A DNA stretch of 64,000 nt from Thainema sp. (GCA_052168235.1 JBQLZK010000007.1:64001-128000); one strand, 5' to 3'; shown: positions 39,641-49,521, numbered from the stretch's first letter. A program made the numbers and translations. The notes: generated from the sequence alone by a model not told the origin.

Positions 39641-41191
39641 ATGACGATATTTGATCAAACCAATCCTTCCAAAAATCAATCCAAGCTGACACTGCGATCG
39701 CAGATCACCCAGACACATTGGATTATTCCAGGCTTAATCTTTGGTTTAGCCACCATCTTGAGACTCTACGCTTTAGGCGAAGAGAATCTTTGGGTTGATG
39801 AAATGAATAGCCTAGAAGACTCCAAGTATTTCTCTTGGCTAAACCCTGGAGTCAGGCCGCTCTACTACAGCCTGCTTCATATTTGGATGCAGTGGTTCAA
39901 TGATGAAAGTGGCTGGCGGCTTTTATCAGTGATCCTGGGCATTGGTTGCGTCGTCTTGACCTATGACCTGGGCCATCGGCTCTTTGGCAAGAATATTGCC
40001 CAACTGTCATCTCTTATGATGGCCATTTCGCCCATTTTTATTAATCACTCTCAAGAAATCAGGATGTATCCTCTGATGGTCTTTTGGGCGATTTTGGGAT
40101 CGATTGCGCTACTAGAATACATCGATCGGCCGAGTTATTGGCGCGTTGCAGCTTGGACAATCTGCCGCCTGCTGGCGATTTTGGCCTTTCCAATTAGTAT
40201 CGCGCTGCTAGTGCCCGATGGCCTGATTCTAATTGTCCGATTCCGCCAGCAGCGCCGTTGGCTGTTTTCCGCTGTCTCAGGCGTATTGTTTATTGGCGCA
40301 ATGCTCTTGCCCATTGCGTTAACCCAGCTCGCGCAAAAAGCCCAAGACTACTACGCTCTACACGGAGATGGTGGGGATGAGGCTTCTTTCTCAGTGGTTT
40401 CTGTAATTGCCAAACTAACCAGTTTTACCGTGTTTTGGCCACTGGAAACCCTGAATGATCGTCCCAGCCTGCTGCTGTTCTACAAAGGCATAACGCTGCT
40501 TTTGCTTCTCGTGCTCGGTATTAGCCTACTGGGAATGCGGCGGAATAGGTCACTACAACTTGCGGCAACATGGACAATTGGTGGCCTCGGTTCCGTTCTT
40601 TTGGCGGACATTCTCGTTCTGGGTGGCAAAGCATGGATTACGCGCTATCTGCTCTTTGCTGCGCCGTTTGTCTTCATTTTGCTAGCCGTAGGTTTATCAC
40701 GGCTTTGGAGCTGGCATCGCTGGGTCGGTGGTGCGGTTGCTCTCCTATATATCTTGGCCGTTTGGCAAGGTTTAGCCTACTACTACAGCACGGCCTATCG
40801 CGATGACTGGCGCGGATTAGCACAAGCCATCCAGCCAACGGCTTCTCCCGAAGCGATTGTCTACTATGCACCGGATGACCATTTGCAATATTCGCTGCCG
40901 TTCTACTACGACGGTAAGGCTCCACTGCATATAGTTAGTCGATCGAATAAAGAACGGGAAGAAGCAACAGTACTAACTCCAGCAGATTTAGCCGATCTGC
41001 CCCAGAATCAAGAACGCCTCTGGTTAGCCTGCTGGTCGTTTTGCCACGACGAAGCCGGAATTGATCTAATCGCCCAAACAGTTTTGGGTGCCGAGGGTAC
41101 AATCAAATCTCAACAATCTTTTCGAGGTCATGCTCCGGGTTCCGCCCGACGACTTGAGCTACTGGTTATTGAACCTGAGGTTGCTCAATAA
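39641..41191 (+). CDS. GT-C (family 39/PMT-like) membrane glycosyltransferase
   Basis: LRLYALGEENLWVDE, PLYYSLLHIW, SQEIRMY and RYLLFAAP motifs; multiple TM helices. Confidence 0.85.
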   Translation: MTIFDQTNPSKNQSKLTLRSQITQTHWIIPGLIFGLATILRLYALGEENLWVDEMNSLEDSKYFSWLNPGVRPLYYSLLHIWMQWFNDESGWRLLSVILGIGCVVLTYDLGHRLFGKNIAQLSSLMMAISPIFINHSQEIRMYPLMVFWAILGSIALLEYIDRPSYWRVAAWTICRLLAILAFPISIALLVPDGLILIVRFRQQRRWLFSAVSGVLFIGAMLLPIALTQLAQKAQDYYALHGDGGDEASFSVVSVIAKLTSFTVFWPLETLNDRPSLLLFYKGITLLLLLVLGISLLGMRRNRSLQLAATWTIGGLGSVLLADILVLGGKAWITRYLLFAAPFVFILLAVGLSRLWSWHRWVGGAVALLYILAVWQGLAYYYSTAYRDDWRGLAQAIQPTASPEAIVYYAPDDHLQYSLPFYYDGKAPLHIVSRSNKEREEATVLTPADLADLPQNQERLWLACWSFCHDEAGIDLIAQTVLGAEGTIKSQQSFRGHAPGSARRLELLVIEPEVAQ

Positions 41192-41351
41192 CCTGACATC
41201 TGATTAATCAACCTATTGCTTCGTGGCCAAATCTAAGTTGCGATCGCAGATATACACATACATCCTCTTACCATCTGTGCCAAATAGAGTGGTCATATAA
41301 GCCACTGTCTCATCATTCTATGGTTATCTGTCATCTTGCACTCTGCAAAGC

Positions 41352-41418
41352 TTAAAACCCGAAGATAGTTATAAGACAGCGCTACTTTAGCTATGAAATA
41401 ACCATCTTCGGGTTTTAA
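41352..41418. repeat. 67-bp unit bounded by 21-bp inverted repeats
   Basis: ttaaaacccgaagatagttat ... ataaccatcttcgggttttaa (1 mismatch). Confidence 0.7.
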
Positions 41419-41446
41419 TAAGTAGGTTGGCATCAATAAACGCATA

Positions 41447-41492
41447 TAAAAAATCGGGGGAGCACTCCGGAGGGGTGCTCCCCCGGTTTTTA
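41447..41492. terminator. Hairpin between convergent GT and CapA genes
   Basis: aaaaatcgggggagcactcc-gga-ggggtgctcccccggttttt. Confidence 0.7.
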
Positions 41493-41534
41493 GTTGTGCA
41501 TTTATTCATATGCAGCTACTTACGAGCTGTGAAC

Positions 41535-43457
41535 TTAAGAATCTGTACGGCGAATATAGCCCTGATCGTCAATCACCAAAGGCGTTTGTGGAAAATCGCT
41601 TTGAGTTAGTGTCCGGACTAGATTGACGGTTTGGAAATAATCATCCAAATAGGGAATACCGCTGTCGTCAAGTGCGATAGGAATAATCCGACCCATTTGG
41701 AAATCACCTTGTTTGTCAAGCTGGAACTGCAAGATCATTGAGTTGCCTAACGTACCCACGGTAGACAACGTGCGATAGCCCATAAAATTACCCAGCGAAT
41801 AGGCAATCAGCTTGCCCTGATAGAGTTCCATTGCGCGGGGAACGTGGGGGCCATGTCCTAGTACGACATCGGCTCCGGCATCGATCATGGCGCGGGCAAA
41901 CTGGACAGAATTACCGCGATTTTCAGAATAAAAATATTCGGTTTCGTTGCGAGTGTAAATGGCATCGGTTCCCTCTGCCCCTGCATGCACCGAGATCACC
42001 ACGATATCAGCATTTTCAGACGCTTCCTTGACTAATGCTTGACCCGCAGCAATGTCATGCATTGAGTTGTGATCGTCCAAGTAGCTAAACGCGATGTAGG
42101 CCGTTTTGATACCTTTGACGTCTTGATAGACGATTTGGTCTTTGCGACCCACAGCTTTCATCCCAGACTTTTCAATGTTTTCAATCGTGTCGTTAAATCC
42201 CTCTTCGTAGAAATCCATTGAGTGATTATTGGCCACACTCAGTACATCAAAGCCTGCAGCCTTAAGAATTCCAGCGTAGTGAGGCGGCGTCCGGAAAGCG
42301 AACGTCATGCCCTGGCTGACATCTTTGGCGCTACTTGGATAGTCGGTTAGAGTACTTTCAAAATTGCCAAATACGATATCGGCCTCAGCCAGATAAGGCT
42401 GCACATTGGCAAACAGCATCCCTAAATCACTGGGCAAGCGAGTGTGAGGAAAGTTAGTGCCTGGAATAATGTCTCCCACGGCTTTGAACACAATCGTATC
42501 GGCGGCAATTGGATTAGCAGCAGCATCAGAACTGGCATCTTCAGCCGGAGCAGCGGCACTCGGTTGAGTCTCTGGCGAGGCAGCAGATTGAGCAGCAGCT
42601 TCTGCTTTCGGCTCTGTGTCTGATGCAGCCGGAGTTGAATTCGTGTCTGACTGATCAGACTCCATTGCAGGATCGCTTGTCGTGTTATCAGCCGGATCTG
42701 CTGCTGGGTTGCTAGTGGGAGCAGCGGGTACACCAGAACTGCTGCCGAAATAGGGCAGGTCTTTGTTCAAAAGCGTTTCGTCCTCCTTCAGCGAAGGTGG
42801 AGGAGCGGGTTCGAGAGTCTCAATTGGGGTTGGTTCATCATTCCCATTGGCTGACGCTCCGCTTTCAACCTGCACGTCTTCAGCAACGGGTTGAGCAGCA
42901 TTATTGAGCTGTGTCCGCAACATCACACTCAAGCCTGTTCCCAAAACGAAACTGGCCGCAATTAAGCCTAAAATGCCGTAGCGCCAGACTTTTCGCTGCG
43001 ATGGACGGCGAGAACGGCTGGGCGATTTTGGGGCTGACTGTTTGAGTGTTGCTCGTGGCGGGGCAACTGGAACAGGTACAACTGGGGCGGGCTGAGCATC
43101 TAATAGAATCTCCTCTTGCCAGTCTGGTTGCTCATCACCAGCCCGATGGCCGTAAATCTGCACCACACGAATGTTCGGTAGCCCCAAACAGAGCAGAACT
43201 GCACGGGTGGTATGGACATGTAGGGTTCGTTCTGGAACGTGACTAGACTCTAGATGAATATGCAGCCGATCGCCCTGTTTGGAGACAGTTGCCCAAACCT
43301 GCTCTAGGACAAAGGCTTGGTTGAGTATAGAGGCGATGGCCTGGGTGTTTCCCTGTCTGGCTTGAGCCAGAACCTGTTGCTGATCCGCTATCACTGCGCT
43401 CACACCATAAAATTTTTTCGCCTCTAATATTGGCGCTGACTCAGCAATTTGAGTCAT
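41535..43457 (-). CDS. CapA (PGA_cap) family metallophosphatase-fold membrane protein
   Basis: AVGDI, GNFES, ANNHSMD, SVHAGAE, GHGPHV and YSLGNF motifs; TM helix followed by a long Ala/Pro/Ser/Asp linker. Start uncertain. Confidence 0.88.
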   Translation of the reverse strand: MTQIAESAPILEAKKFYGVSAVIADQQQVLAQARQGNTQAIASILNQAFVLEQVWATVSKQGDRLHIHLESSHVPERTLHVHTTRAVLLCLGLPNIRVVQIYGHRAGDEQPDWQEEILLDAQPAPVVPVPVAPPRATLKQSAPKSPSRSRRPSQRKVWRYGILGLIAASFVLGTGLSVMLRTQLNNAAQPVAEDVQVESGASANGNDEPTPIETLEPAPPPSLKEDETLLNKDLPYFGSSSGVPAAPTSNPAADPADNTTSDPAMESDQSDTNSTPAASDTEPKAEAAAQSAASPETQPSAAAPAEDASSDAAANPIAADTIVFKAVGDIIPGTNFPHTRLPSDLGMLFANVQPYLAEADIVFGNFESTLTDYPSSAKDVSQGMTFAFRTPPHYAGILKAAGFDVLSVANNHSMDFYEEGFNDTIENIEKSGMKAVGRKDQIVYQDVKGIKTAYIAFSYLDDHNSMHDIAAGQALVKEASENADIVVISVHAGAEGTDAIYTRNETEYFYSENRGNSVQFARAMIDAGADVVLGHGPHVPRAMELYQGKLIAYSLGNFMGYRTLSTVGTLGNSMILQFQLDKQGDFQMGRIIPIALDDSGIPYLDDYFQTVNLVRTLTQSDFPQTPLVIDDQGYIRRTDS

Positions 43458-43604
43458 ACAAAATGTTAATAAAAACCATTTGCATCGGTGCAGTAAGCGG
43501 GTGAAACATGCTGATTCAGGTGCGATCGCACCTACACTCCCACCCACCGACTCAATATCAACAAGCCATGAAGTTGTGAACTAACGCAGCTTTTTCGCTG
43601 CTCG

Positions 43605-44930
43605 TCAAAGTAGAGCTGCCGATCGCTCAGCCAGTTTTGACCGCTCGCCTTTCAACAGCGTGACATGTCCCGCGAGCGGATCATCCTTAAAACGCTCAAT
43701 CACGTAGGTCAACCCATTACTCGCCGCATCGACGTAGGGATTGTCAATTTGATCGACATCGCCCGTTAGCACGATCTTGGTGCCTTCGCCTGCACGGGTC
43801 AGAATCGTCTTCACCTCATGGGGCGTCAGGTTTTGCGCTTCGTCAATGACAAAGAACTGACGCGGGATCGTGCGGCCTCGAATATAAGTCAGCGGCTCGA
43901 TTTGCAGCAGACCATGTTCAATCAGTTCTTCGTGTCCCCGTCGCCAGTGAGCCGGTTTACCAGTTGTATCCTGAGTGCCAAGAATCAAATCAAAGTTATC
44001 GTACAGTGGCTGCATCCAAGGCGTCAGCTTTTCAGAGACATCCCCTGGTAAATAGCCGAGATCCCGCCCCATCGGCATAACCGGACGAGCAATCAACAGC
44101 CGACTATAGACATGCTCATCCGCCACTTTACTCAGTCCAGCTGCGATCGCAAGTAGCGTTTTCCCCGTACCGGCCTTCCCCACCAGCGTCACCAGCGGAA
44201 TTGAATCCTGCAGCAACAGTTCTAGCGCAAACTTTTGTTCCCGGTTGCGGGCGCGAATGCCCGACACCCCAATTGTTGGTAGTTTCAACAGCGGAACAGC
44301 TTGTTGAATCGTGCCATCAAACACCGCCAGTGCTGTGTGAGATGGATTACTCGTGTCAATCAGCGTTAACAACTGGTTGGCATAGAAGCGATTGGGGAGC
44401 TCAACCTGTCCGTCTTGATAGAACTGGGTAATCACACTAGTTTCAACCCAAACTTCATCAATGCCTGTATAAAGCCCCTCAACATCCACCTTATCGGTTT
44501 CATAGTCTTCGGCATTTAGTCCCAAGGCATCGGCTTTGATCCGTAGATTGGTGTCTTTACTCACCAGCACAACCCGGTTATGACACTGCCGCTTCAGTTC
44601 CAGCGCTACCGCTAAGATCGAATTATCGGCCTGATCACCTTCCAGCTCCGGCGGTAGAGTCGCTAACGTCTCCCGGTGACACAGTGCGACGCGCAGTGTC
44701 CCGCCATTGCTCAAGGTAATCCCGTCAATCAAATGTCCTTGTTGGCGCAATTCGTCTAGCATACGCGACGTCTGACGTGCATTCCGCCCTGTCATTTCAG
44801 ACTGCTTCTTGAAGCGATCCAGCTCTTCAATGATGGTAATTGGCAGCACCACATCATTATCTTCAAACCCCAAGAGTGCTTCTGGAGCATGCAACAACAC
44901 ATTTGTATCGAGGACAAAGACCTTTTTCAT
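43605..44930 (-). CDS. PIN-PhoH (PhoH2-type) protein
   Basis: FVLDTNVLL PIN domain; GKAGTGKT, YIRGRT, DEAQN and GDVDQID motifs. Confidence 0.93.
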   Translation of the reverse strand: MKKVFVLDTNVLLHAPEALLGFEDNDVVLPITIIEELDRFKKQSEMTGRNARQTSRMLDELRQQGHLIDGITLSNGGTLRVALCHRETLATLPPELEGDQADNSILAVALELKRQCHNRVVLVSKDTNLRIKADALGLNAEDYETDKVDVEGLYTGIDEVWVETSVITQFYQDGQVELPNRFYANQLLTLIDTSNPSHTALAVFDGTIQQAVPLLKLPTIGVSGIRARNREQKFALELLLQDSIPLVTLVGKAGTGKTLLAIAAGLSKVADEHVYSRLLIARPVMPMGRDLGYLPGDVSEKLTPWMQPLYDNFDLILGTQDTTGKPAHWRRGHEELIEHGLLQIEPLTYIRGRTIPRQFFVIDEAQNLTPHEVKTILTRAGEGTKIVLTGDVDQIDNPYVDAASNGLTYVIERFKDDPLAGHVTLLKGERSKLAERSAALL

Positions 44931-45270
44931 TACGTACGCTAACTAGATTGGCTGATCTCTATATTTTGGCATCAAAACCGAAGAGGTTATTTGACTACCG
45001 TTACAAGCTGATTTCTATCTTGGCAGACCAATAAAAAACCTGCTGGCTAGCACAAAAAATGTGAACTAACAAGCAGGCTACGGTGTGCAGTGTTTTCCAG
45101 CAGTCGCAAACCGGATGGATAGTCCGCTCTACGCTCTGGATAATGTCGGATGGATATTGAGATTGTGTGGATGAACGAACCAGTGGGATGAATCTAGTCG
45201 CAAATCTGGTGTGTGTGGGGTGCTAAAGCACCGTCCAGATTTAGCGCGACCAGATCCAAACTTTTGAAAT

Positions 45271-45594
45271 CTAGTGCAGAAATTCAACGTGATCGGCAGC
45301 TACCCAGCCTCGGGCTGCGCCCGAGGAAATATAGTACCAATGCGAAACACTGTCATGGACAGTCACATGCGTCCCCGCACTGTACTGGCCGACTGTATCC
45401 GCATCAGAATCGGGTGCCGCATAGACATAGATGTGAGAACCACCTACTAACTTGGCGGCCCGACCGTCATGGTGGGGCTTGTAATGCCCTGGAGCATCTG
45501 CACGAACCGCTGGCACGATTTCATTCATGACAGCAGTCGTTGCCACAAATCCGGTTGCAGCAACTGCCATCAAAGCAAAGAACTTTTTGTTCAT
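45271..45594 (-). CDS. Secreted bacterial SH3 (SH3b) domain protein
   Basis: MNKKFFALMAVAA signal peptide, IYVYAAP...WYYI...GWVAADHV, and a GAGG RBS. Confidence 0.8.
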   Translation of the reverse strand: MNKKFFALMAVAATGFVATTAVMNEIVPAVRADAPGHYKPHHDGRAAKLVGGSHIYVYAAPDSDADTVGQYSAGTHVTVHDSVSHWYYISSGAARGWVAADHVEFLH

Positions 45595-45685
45595 GCCTGT
45601 ATCCTCATCAGATGGTTAGATGCAGTCAGTTCTATGCCTGAAAATTGGCATTTAAAGTCATTCAGAATCGAACTAAAAATCTGTC

Positions 45686-45696
45686 ACTCCTCACAC
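45686..45696 (-). promoter_or_regulatory. Exact complement of the Yfr1 sRNA conserved motif upstream of the SH3 gene
   Basis: The + strand reads ACTCCTCACAC; the sense strand of the SH3 gene reads GTGTGAGGAGT, about 92 nt before the ATG. Confidence 0.5.
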
Positions 45697-46524
45697 CAAT
45701 TTCTGGCAGACAAAACTGACCACTGCAATTAAGCAGCATCGAAATTTAGCGGAGACGATACTTTTAAGCATTTATTTGAACGGATAATTATTCAGTATGC
45801 TGAGTATGCCGTTGCACACCAATATGATGCAGCAGTGGCCGAGCTGGATGGATGTTTAGCTCATGCTGCTGCTAATCCATATACATCGCTAAAGCAACTC
45901 TTTTCAATCTAGCTACAATCAAGATGTACCTCATTCAAAGTGCTCAACAGCAACTCCAAATGGATATTCCGGCTGTAGCCTGAGCTGCCTAGATCAGCTT
46001 TAATCAAGTATTTTTTGCTCACGAAAAAGAGCAGACTCAAATAACTTAAATTGCCAGCAGCTTGCTCACTGAAATAGGACTGAGATCGGGAAATTCCAAT
46101 CGCTTAAATACCAATAGCAGAGAAGAGCTGCAAGGAGCACCTAGTGGTCTACAAATTTTGGTTTTGCTTCAATCGCTCAATCAAACCGATTGCTATGCAC
46201 AGGGACATCACGTCCAAATATTGCTTTATGACTTAAATGCTAAAAATGCTGCCGAGGAGGAGGACAGCGCTGCGATCGCACATAATAGCGAAGAATAAAC
46301 ATAGGTAAACCTCAAACGTTAGCTAATGAACAAACGCTTCATTCCCGCGATGTCATGCTCTATGGAGGACCTTGGAAACCACAGAACAATATGCTGGGAA
46401 TAAAGTACCTGTCAGTGTATCTCAATATTCTCTGCACGGAACACTAATTTTCGATATTTTTGAAAAGATATGTGATGCATTTATGCCTTGCATCAAAATT
46501 TAAGTACGACGCTAATTTCAGCAC

Positions 46525-47493
46525 ATGACCCAATGGATGCGAACTCGAATAGCCCAACTGATTATTCAAACCGGACTGCATTGGCAACAAGATAACTGTT
46601 TAGAGATGGGTGCTGCGATCGCATATTACGCCTTATTCTCGCTGTTTCCCTTAATCCTGATTATTCTCAGCGTAGTCGGTTTCTTCGTTGGCCCCAACCA
46701 GTATGCTTCCGATCAGATTCTGCTGTTTGCACAAGCGGCACTGCCCCCAGAAGCCTACGATTTGGTAGCAGAAAACCTGACCCAGATGAACGAAAACAGC
46801 GTCACTGCTGGGATTATCAGCTTTGGATTGTTGTTAGTGACAGCCAGCGGCTTTTTCAGTGCACTGACCCTGGCCTTCGATCGCATTTGGCGCGTCAACC
46901 ATTTTGCAGACGAAGAGAATAACTGGAGACGCGCCGTATTCACGTTTCTCAAACGACGCGTATTTGCGTTTGCGCTGGTGCTCAGTGCTGCACTGCTGCT
47001 CTTGGCTTCGCTCCTGTCTGAGCTATTTATCAATGTTTTAATTGAGGTGCTGAAAGTCTTTAGCGATCAAGTTCAGTTTGTGCAGCTTGATGATGTGGTG
47101 CTGTTGCGATCGCTTAACTTTGCCTCAGCATTTTTGATTTTGACGGTGGTGATGGCGCTGCTGTTTAAGTTTTTGCCTTCAACCCGCGTCCACTGGGGCG
47201 ATGTTTGGCTGGGGGCGCTAATTACGACCGTGCTGTTTATGATTCTGCAGCAGCTCATCAGCAACAGTATCGTCAGCATCGGCAGCCGCTTCCAGTCCTA
47301 TGGCGTGGCGGGTAGCGTCATGGTGCTGCTGCTGTGGATTTATCTTACCAGTCAAATTTTCTTTTTGGGCGGTGAATTCACCTACGCCTATGCCTTAATT
47401 TACGGCAGTCGTCGCCGCACAGACGAGGAACTAGCCGAACTAGCCGATCAGAGTGAGCAAGAAAGAGCACGTGGGCGCACCAAATCGTTCTGA
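46525..47493 (+). CDS. YihY/virulence factor BrkB family membrane protein
   Basis: AAIAYYALFSLFP, FDRIW and YGVAGSVMVLLLWIY motifs. Confidence 0.92.
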   Translation: MTQWMRTRIAQLIIQTGLHWQQDNCLEMGAAIAYYALFSLFPLILIILSVVGFFVGPNQYASDQILLFAQAALPPEAYDLVAENLTQMNENSVTAGIISFGLLLVTASGFFSALTLAFDRIWRVNHFADEENNWRRAVFTFLKRRVFAFALVLSAALLLLASLLSELFINVLIEVLKVFSDQVQFVQLDDVVLLRSLNFASAFLILTVVMALLFKFLPSTRVHWGDVWLGALITTVLFMILQQLISNSIVSIGSRFQSYGVAGSVMVLLLWIYLTSQIFFLGGEFTYAYALIYGSRRRTDEELAELADQSEQERARGRTKSF

Positions 47494-47539
47494 TATTCGA
47501 TTGCCTAAATATTCAGCCCATATCCAGCCTGTGGATAAT

Positions 47540-47592
47540 AGACCTTATTGAAAATTGTTTTGTAGCGCGGCGGAGCCGCGCTACAAAACAAT
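47540..47592. mobile_element. MITE-like element family B, truncated copy (left end plus hairpin)
   Basis: agaccttattgaaaattgttttgtagcgcggcggagccgcgctacaaaacaat is nearly identical to 27248-27300. Confidence 0.65.
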
Positions 47593-47595
47593 CAG

Positions 47596-49521
47596 TTACC
47601 ACTGCCAGGTATCGCGCCACTTAACAGTGCCCGTCTCAGCCACAACCCAGCGACGACAAGTCAGATTTTCGCGCAGCGGCGATTGTCCCTGCCGCCACAT
47701 GGCATATTTGTAGGCAATCGGCTTCCCAGCGCTCTCGTCAAAGGGAATTTCGCCAAACCAGGTGTTGTCGTTGATGTATTCCAGCGGATAGGCCTTGGCA
47801 ATGTCCCAGTTGCCAAGTTCAGGACAGTCTCCCAGCACAACAATTGTTTCACCGGGCTGGGTTGAGACACCGTTGAGCTGGACGCGAATGATGGTCTGCG
47901 CTTTCACCCGCTCACCAACATGGCTCAGCACAATCACTTCGCGATCGCCCAGTTCTAAATCAGCAATATAGCCATCCTGGGTTTGAAACTTGCGATGGGT
48001 CAAGATGCAGGTATGCTCACCATCGGGCATTTCAGTGTGAATGTTTTCAATGGTGGTGGCTAAGCCGCGATTCATGGCCACAAAACAGCGGGAATCCCGA
48101 TACTTACGGGTATAGCAGTAGACATCCGGCTCTACATACTTTTGCCATTGGCTACCCAGAGCCACCGAAGGATTAAGGCGGCGCAGTCCTGACAGTAATC
48201 GCACATACCGATACACTTCGGTTTCCGTATCCCACTGCTGCATCATCGGGCGATTGTAGGGATCATTGCCGAAGTCAGTGTCGTCATGCAGGTACTGCTC
48301 GGTGCCGTAGTAAAGACAGGGGATGCCCCGACAGGTCATGATCAGTGCGATCGCAATTCGCAGCATGTCTGGATCGGGGTTTAAGCTCTGGAAGCGGGGC
48401 ATATCGTGATTATCGATAAAGGTAATCAGCTCCGTTGCGCCCGCGTAGCGATGGTCTTCGTCGAAGATGGTTTGAATTTCGTGAAAGCCAAATTCTGCAC
48501 CTTGCCCCAGAACCGCCCGAATGGCAACCGCTAGGCCGAAATCCAAAATTGTCATGCCAGAAGAGTTGGCAAACTCCACCGACTGATCATCGAGAGGATG
48601 GCTAAAGATCCACTCGCCAAAGATAAAGATATCGGGCTTATGGGTCAAGATGTCGGCGTTGAACTCCTGCCAAAACCAAATCGGCATGTGCTTAACCGTA
48701 TCGACCCGCAGCGCATCGACACCGCGATCCAGCCACTGTTTAATCGCTGCTTTGATGTAGTTGCGATATTCGGCGTTGTTTTCGTTGAACGTGGCAAGTC
48801 CCGCTAATTCGCAGTTTTGCACCTGCCAATCGTCTTCCCAGTCGGTCACTTCACCGTAATGGTGATACCAGTGGTTCACATCGTTGTTGAAATCGGCAAT
48901 CAGCGTTCCATCGTCATATAGCTCGCCTTTGCTGCCGCCTACGTCGGGACTGCTATGGTTGCAGACGATATCCAGTACCAGCTTCATGCCGCGCTTGTGC
49001 ATTTCTTCAATCAGTCGGTCGAACGTGGTGTTGCGCGTGTCCTGCGTATTGTTGAGCGAGGGATCTTCGTCTTTGCCAATAAAGCGAGGATTAATCCGCT
49101 TAAAATCTCGTGTCCAGTAACCATGAATGGCGGCATTTTCGACAAACAATTCTTCCACTTGTTCAAACAGCGGCGTCAACCAAATGGCCGTCACACCCAT
49201 GTTTTTCAGATAATCCAGCTTGTTAATAATGCCTTGTAAATCGCCGCCCCAGTATTTGCCCCAATCCTGCTGGTCTGGATCATAAAGTTCTGGATTTTCG
49301 CCTTCATTATTGTCGGGATCGCCGTCGCAAAACCGATCCACCACAATAAAATAAATTGTTTCTTGACGAAACTCGATATCGCGCGTGTAGAGAAACTCTA
49401 GATTAATCTCATCACTGGTTAAGGCATCGGTTTGAGTTTGGACAACGGTATCAAGCTTCTGTTGACTCGATTCAAATTGCTCTTTGGACTGAATCGATGA
49501 GGTTGCTTCTGTTTTTGTCAT
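47596..49521 (-). CDS. GH13 alpha-amylase/CGTase-like enzyme with C-terminal CBM20
   Basis: WGGDLQG, HGYW, DALRVDTVKH, FGEW and FIDNHD motifs; CBM20 GDCPELGNWD; no signal peptide. Confidence 0.9.
   Translation of the reverse strand: MTKTEATSSIQSKEQFESSQQKLDTVVQTQTDALTSDEINLEFLYTRDIEFRQETIYFIVVDRFCDGDPDNNEGENPELYDPDQQDWGKYWGGDLQGIINKLDYLKNMGVTAIWLTPLFEQVEELFVENAAIHGYWTRDFKRINPRFIGKDEDPSLNNTQDTRNTTFDRLIEEMHKRGMKLVLDIVCNHSSPDVGGSKGELYDDGTLIADFNNDVNHWYHHYGEVTDWEDDWQVQNCELAGLATFNENNAEYRNYIKAAIKQWLDRGVDALRVDTVKHMPIWFWQEFNADILTHKPDIFIFGEWIFSHPLDDQSVEFANSSGMTILDFGLAVAIRAVLGQGAEFGFHEIQTIFDEDHRYAGATELITFIDNHDMPRFQSLNPDPDMLRIAIALIMTCRGIPCLYYGTEQYLHDDTDFGNDPYNRPMMQQWDTETEVYRYVRLLSGLRRLNPSVALGSQWQKYVEPDVYCYTRKYRDSRCFVAMNRGLATTIENIHTEMPDGEHTCILTHRKFQTQDGYIADLELGDREVIVLSHVGERVKAQTIIRVQLNGVSTQPGETIVVLGDCPELGNWDIAKAYPLEYINDNTWFGEIPFDESAGKPIAYKYAMWRQGQSPLRENLTCRRWVVAETGTVKWRDTWQW

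Noticed and set aside
43605..45270. PhoH2 as the toxin of a toxin-antitoxin pair
   Set aside because: No plausible co-oriented antitoxin ORF directly upstream; the next gene encodes a secreted SH3 protein.
45780..46520. Decayed gene in the spacer before yihY (ORF 46062-46298; stop-interrupted hydrophobic frame on the minus strand)
   Set aside because: No identifiable family motif; indistinguishable from non-coding DNA by eye.
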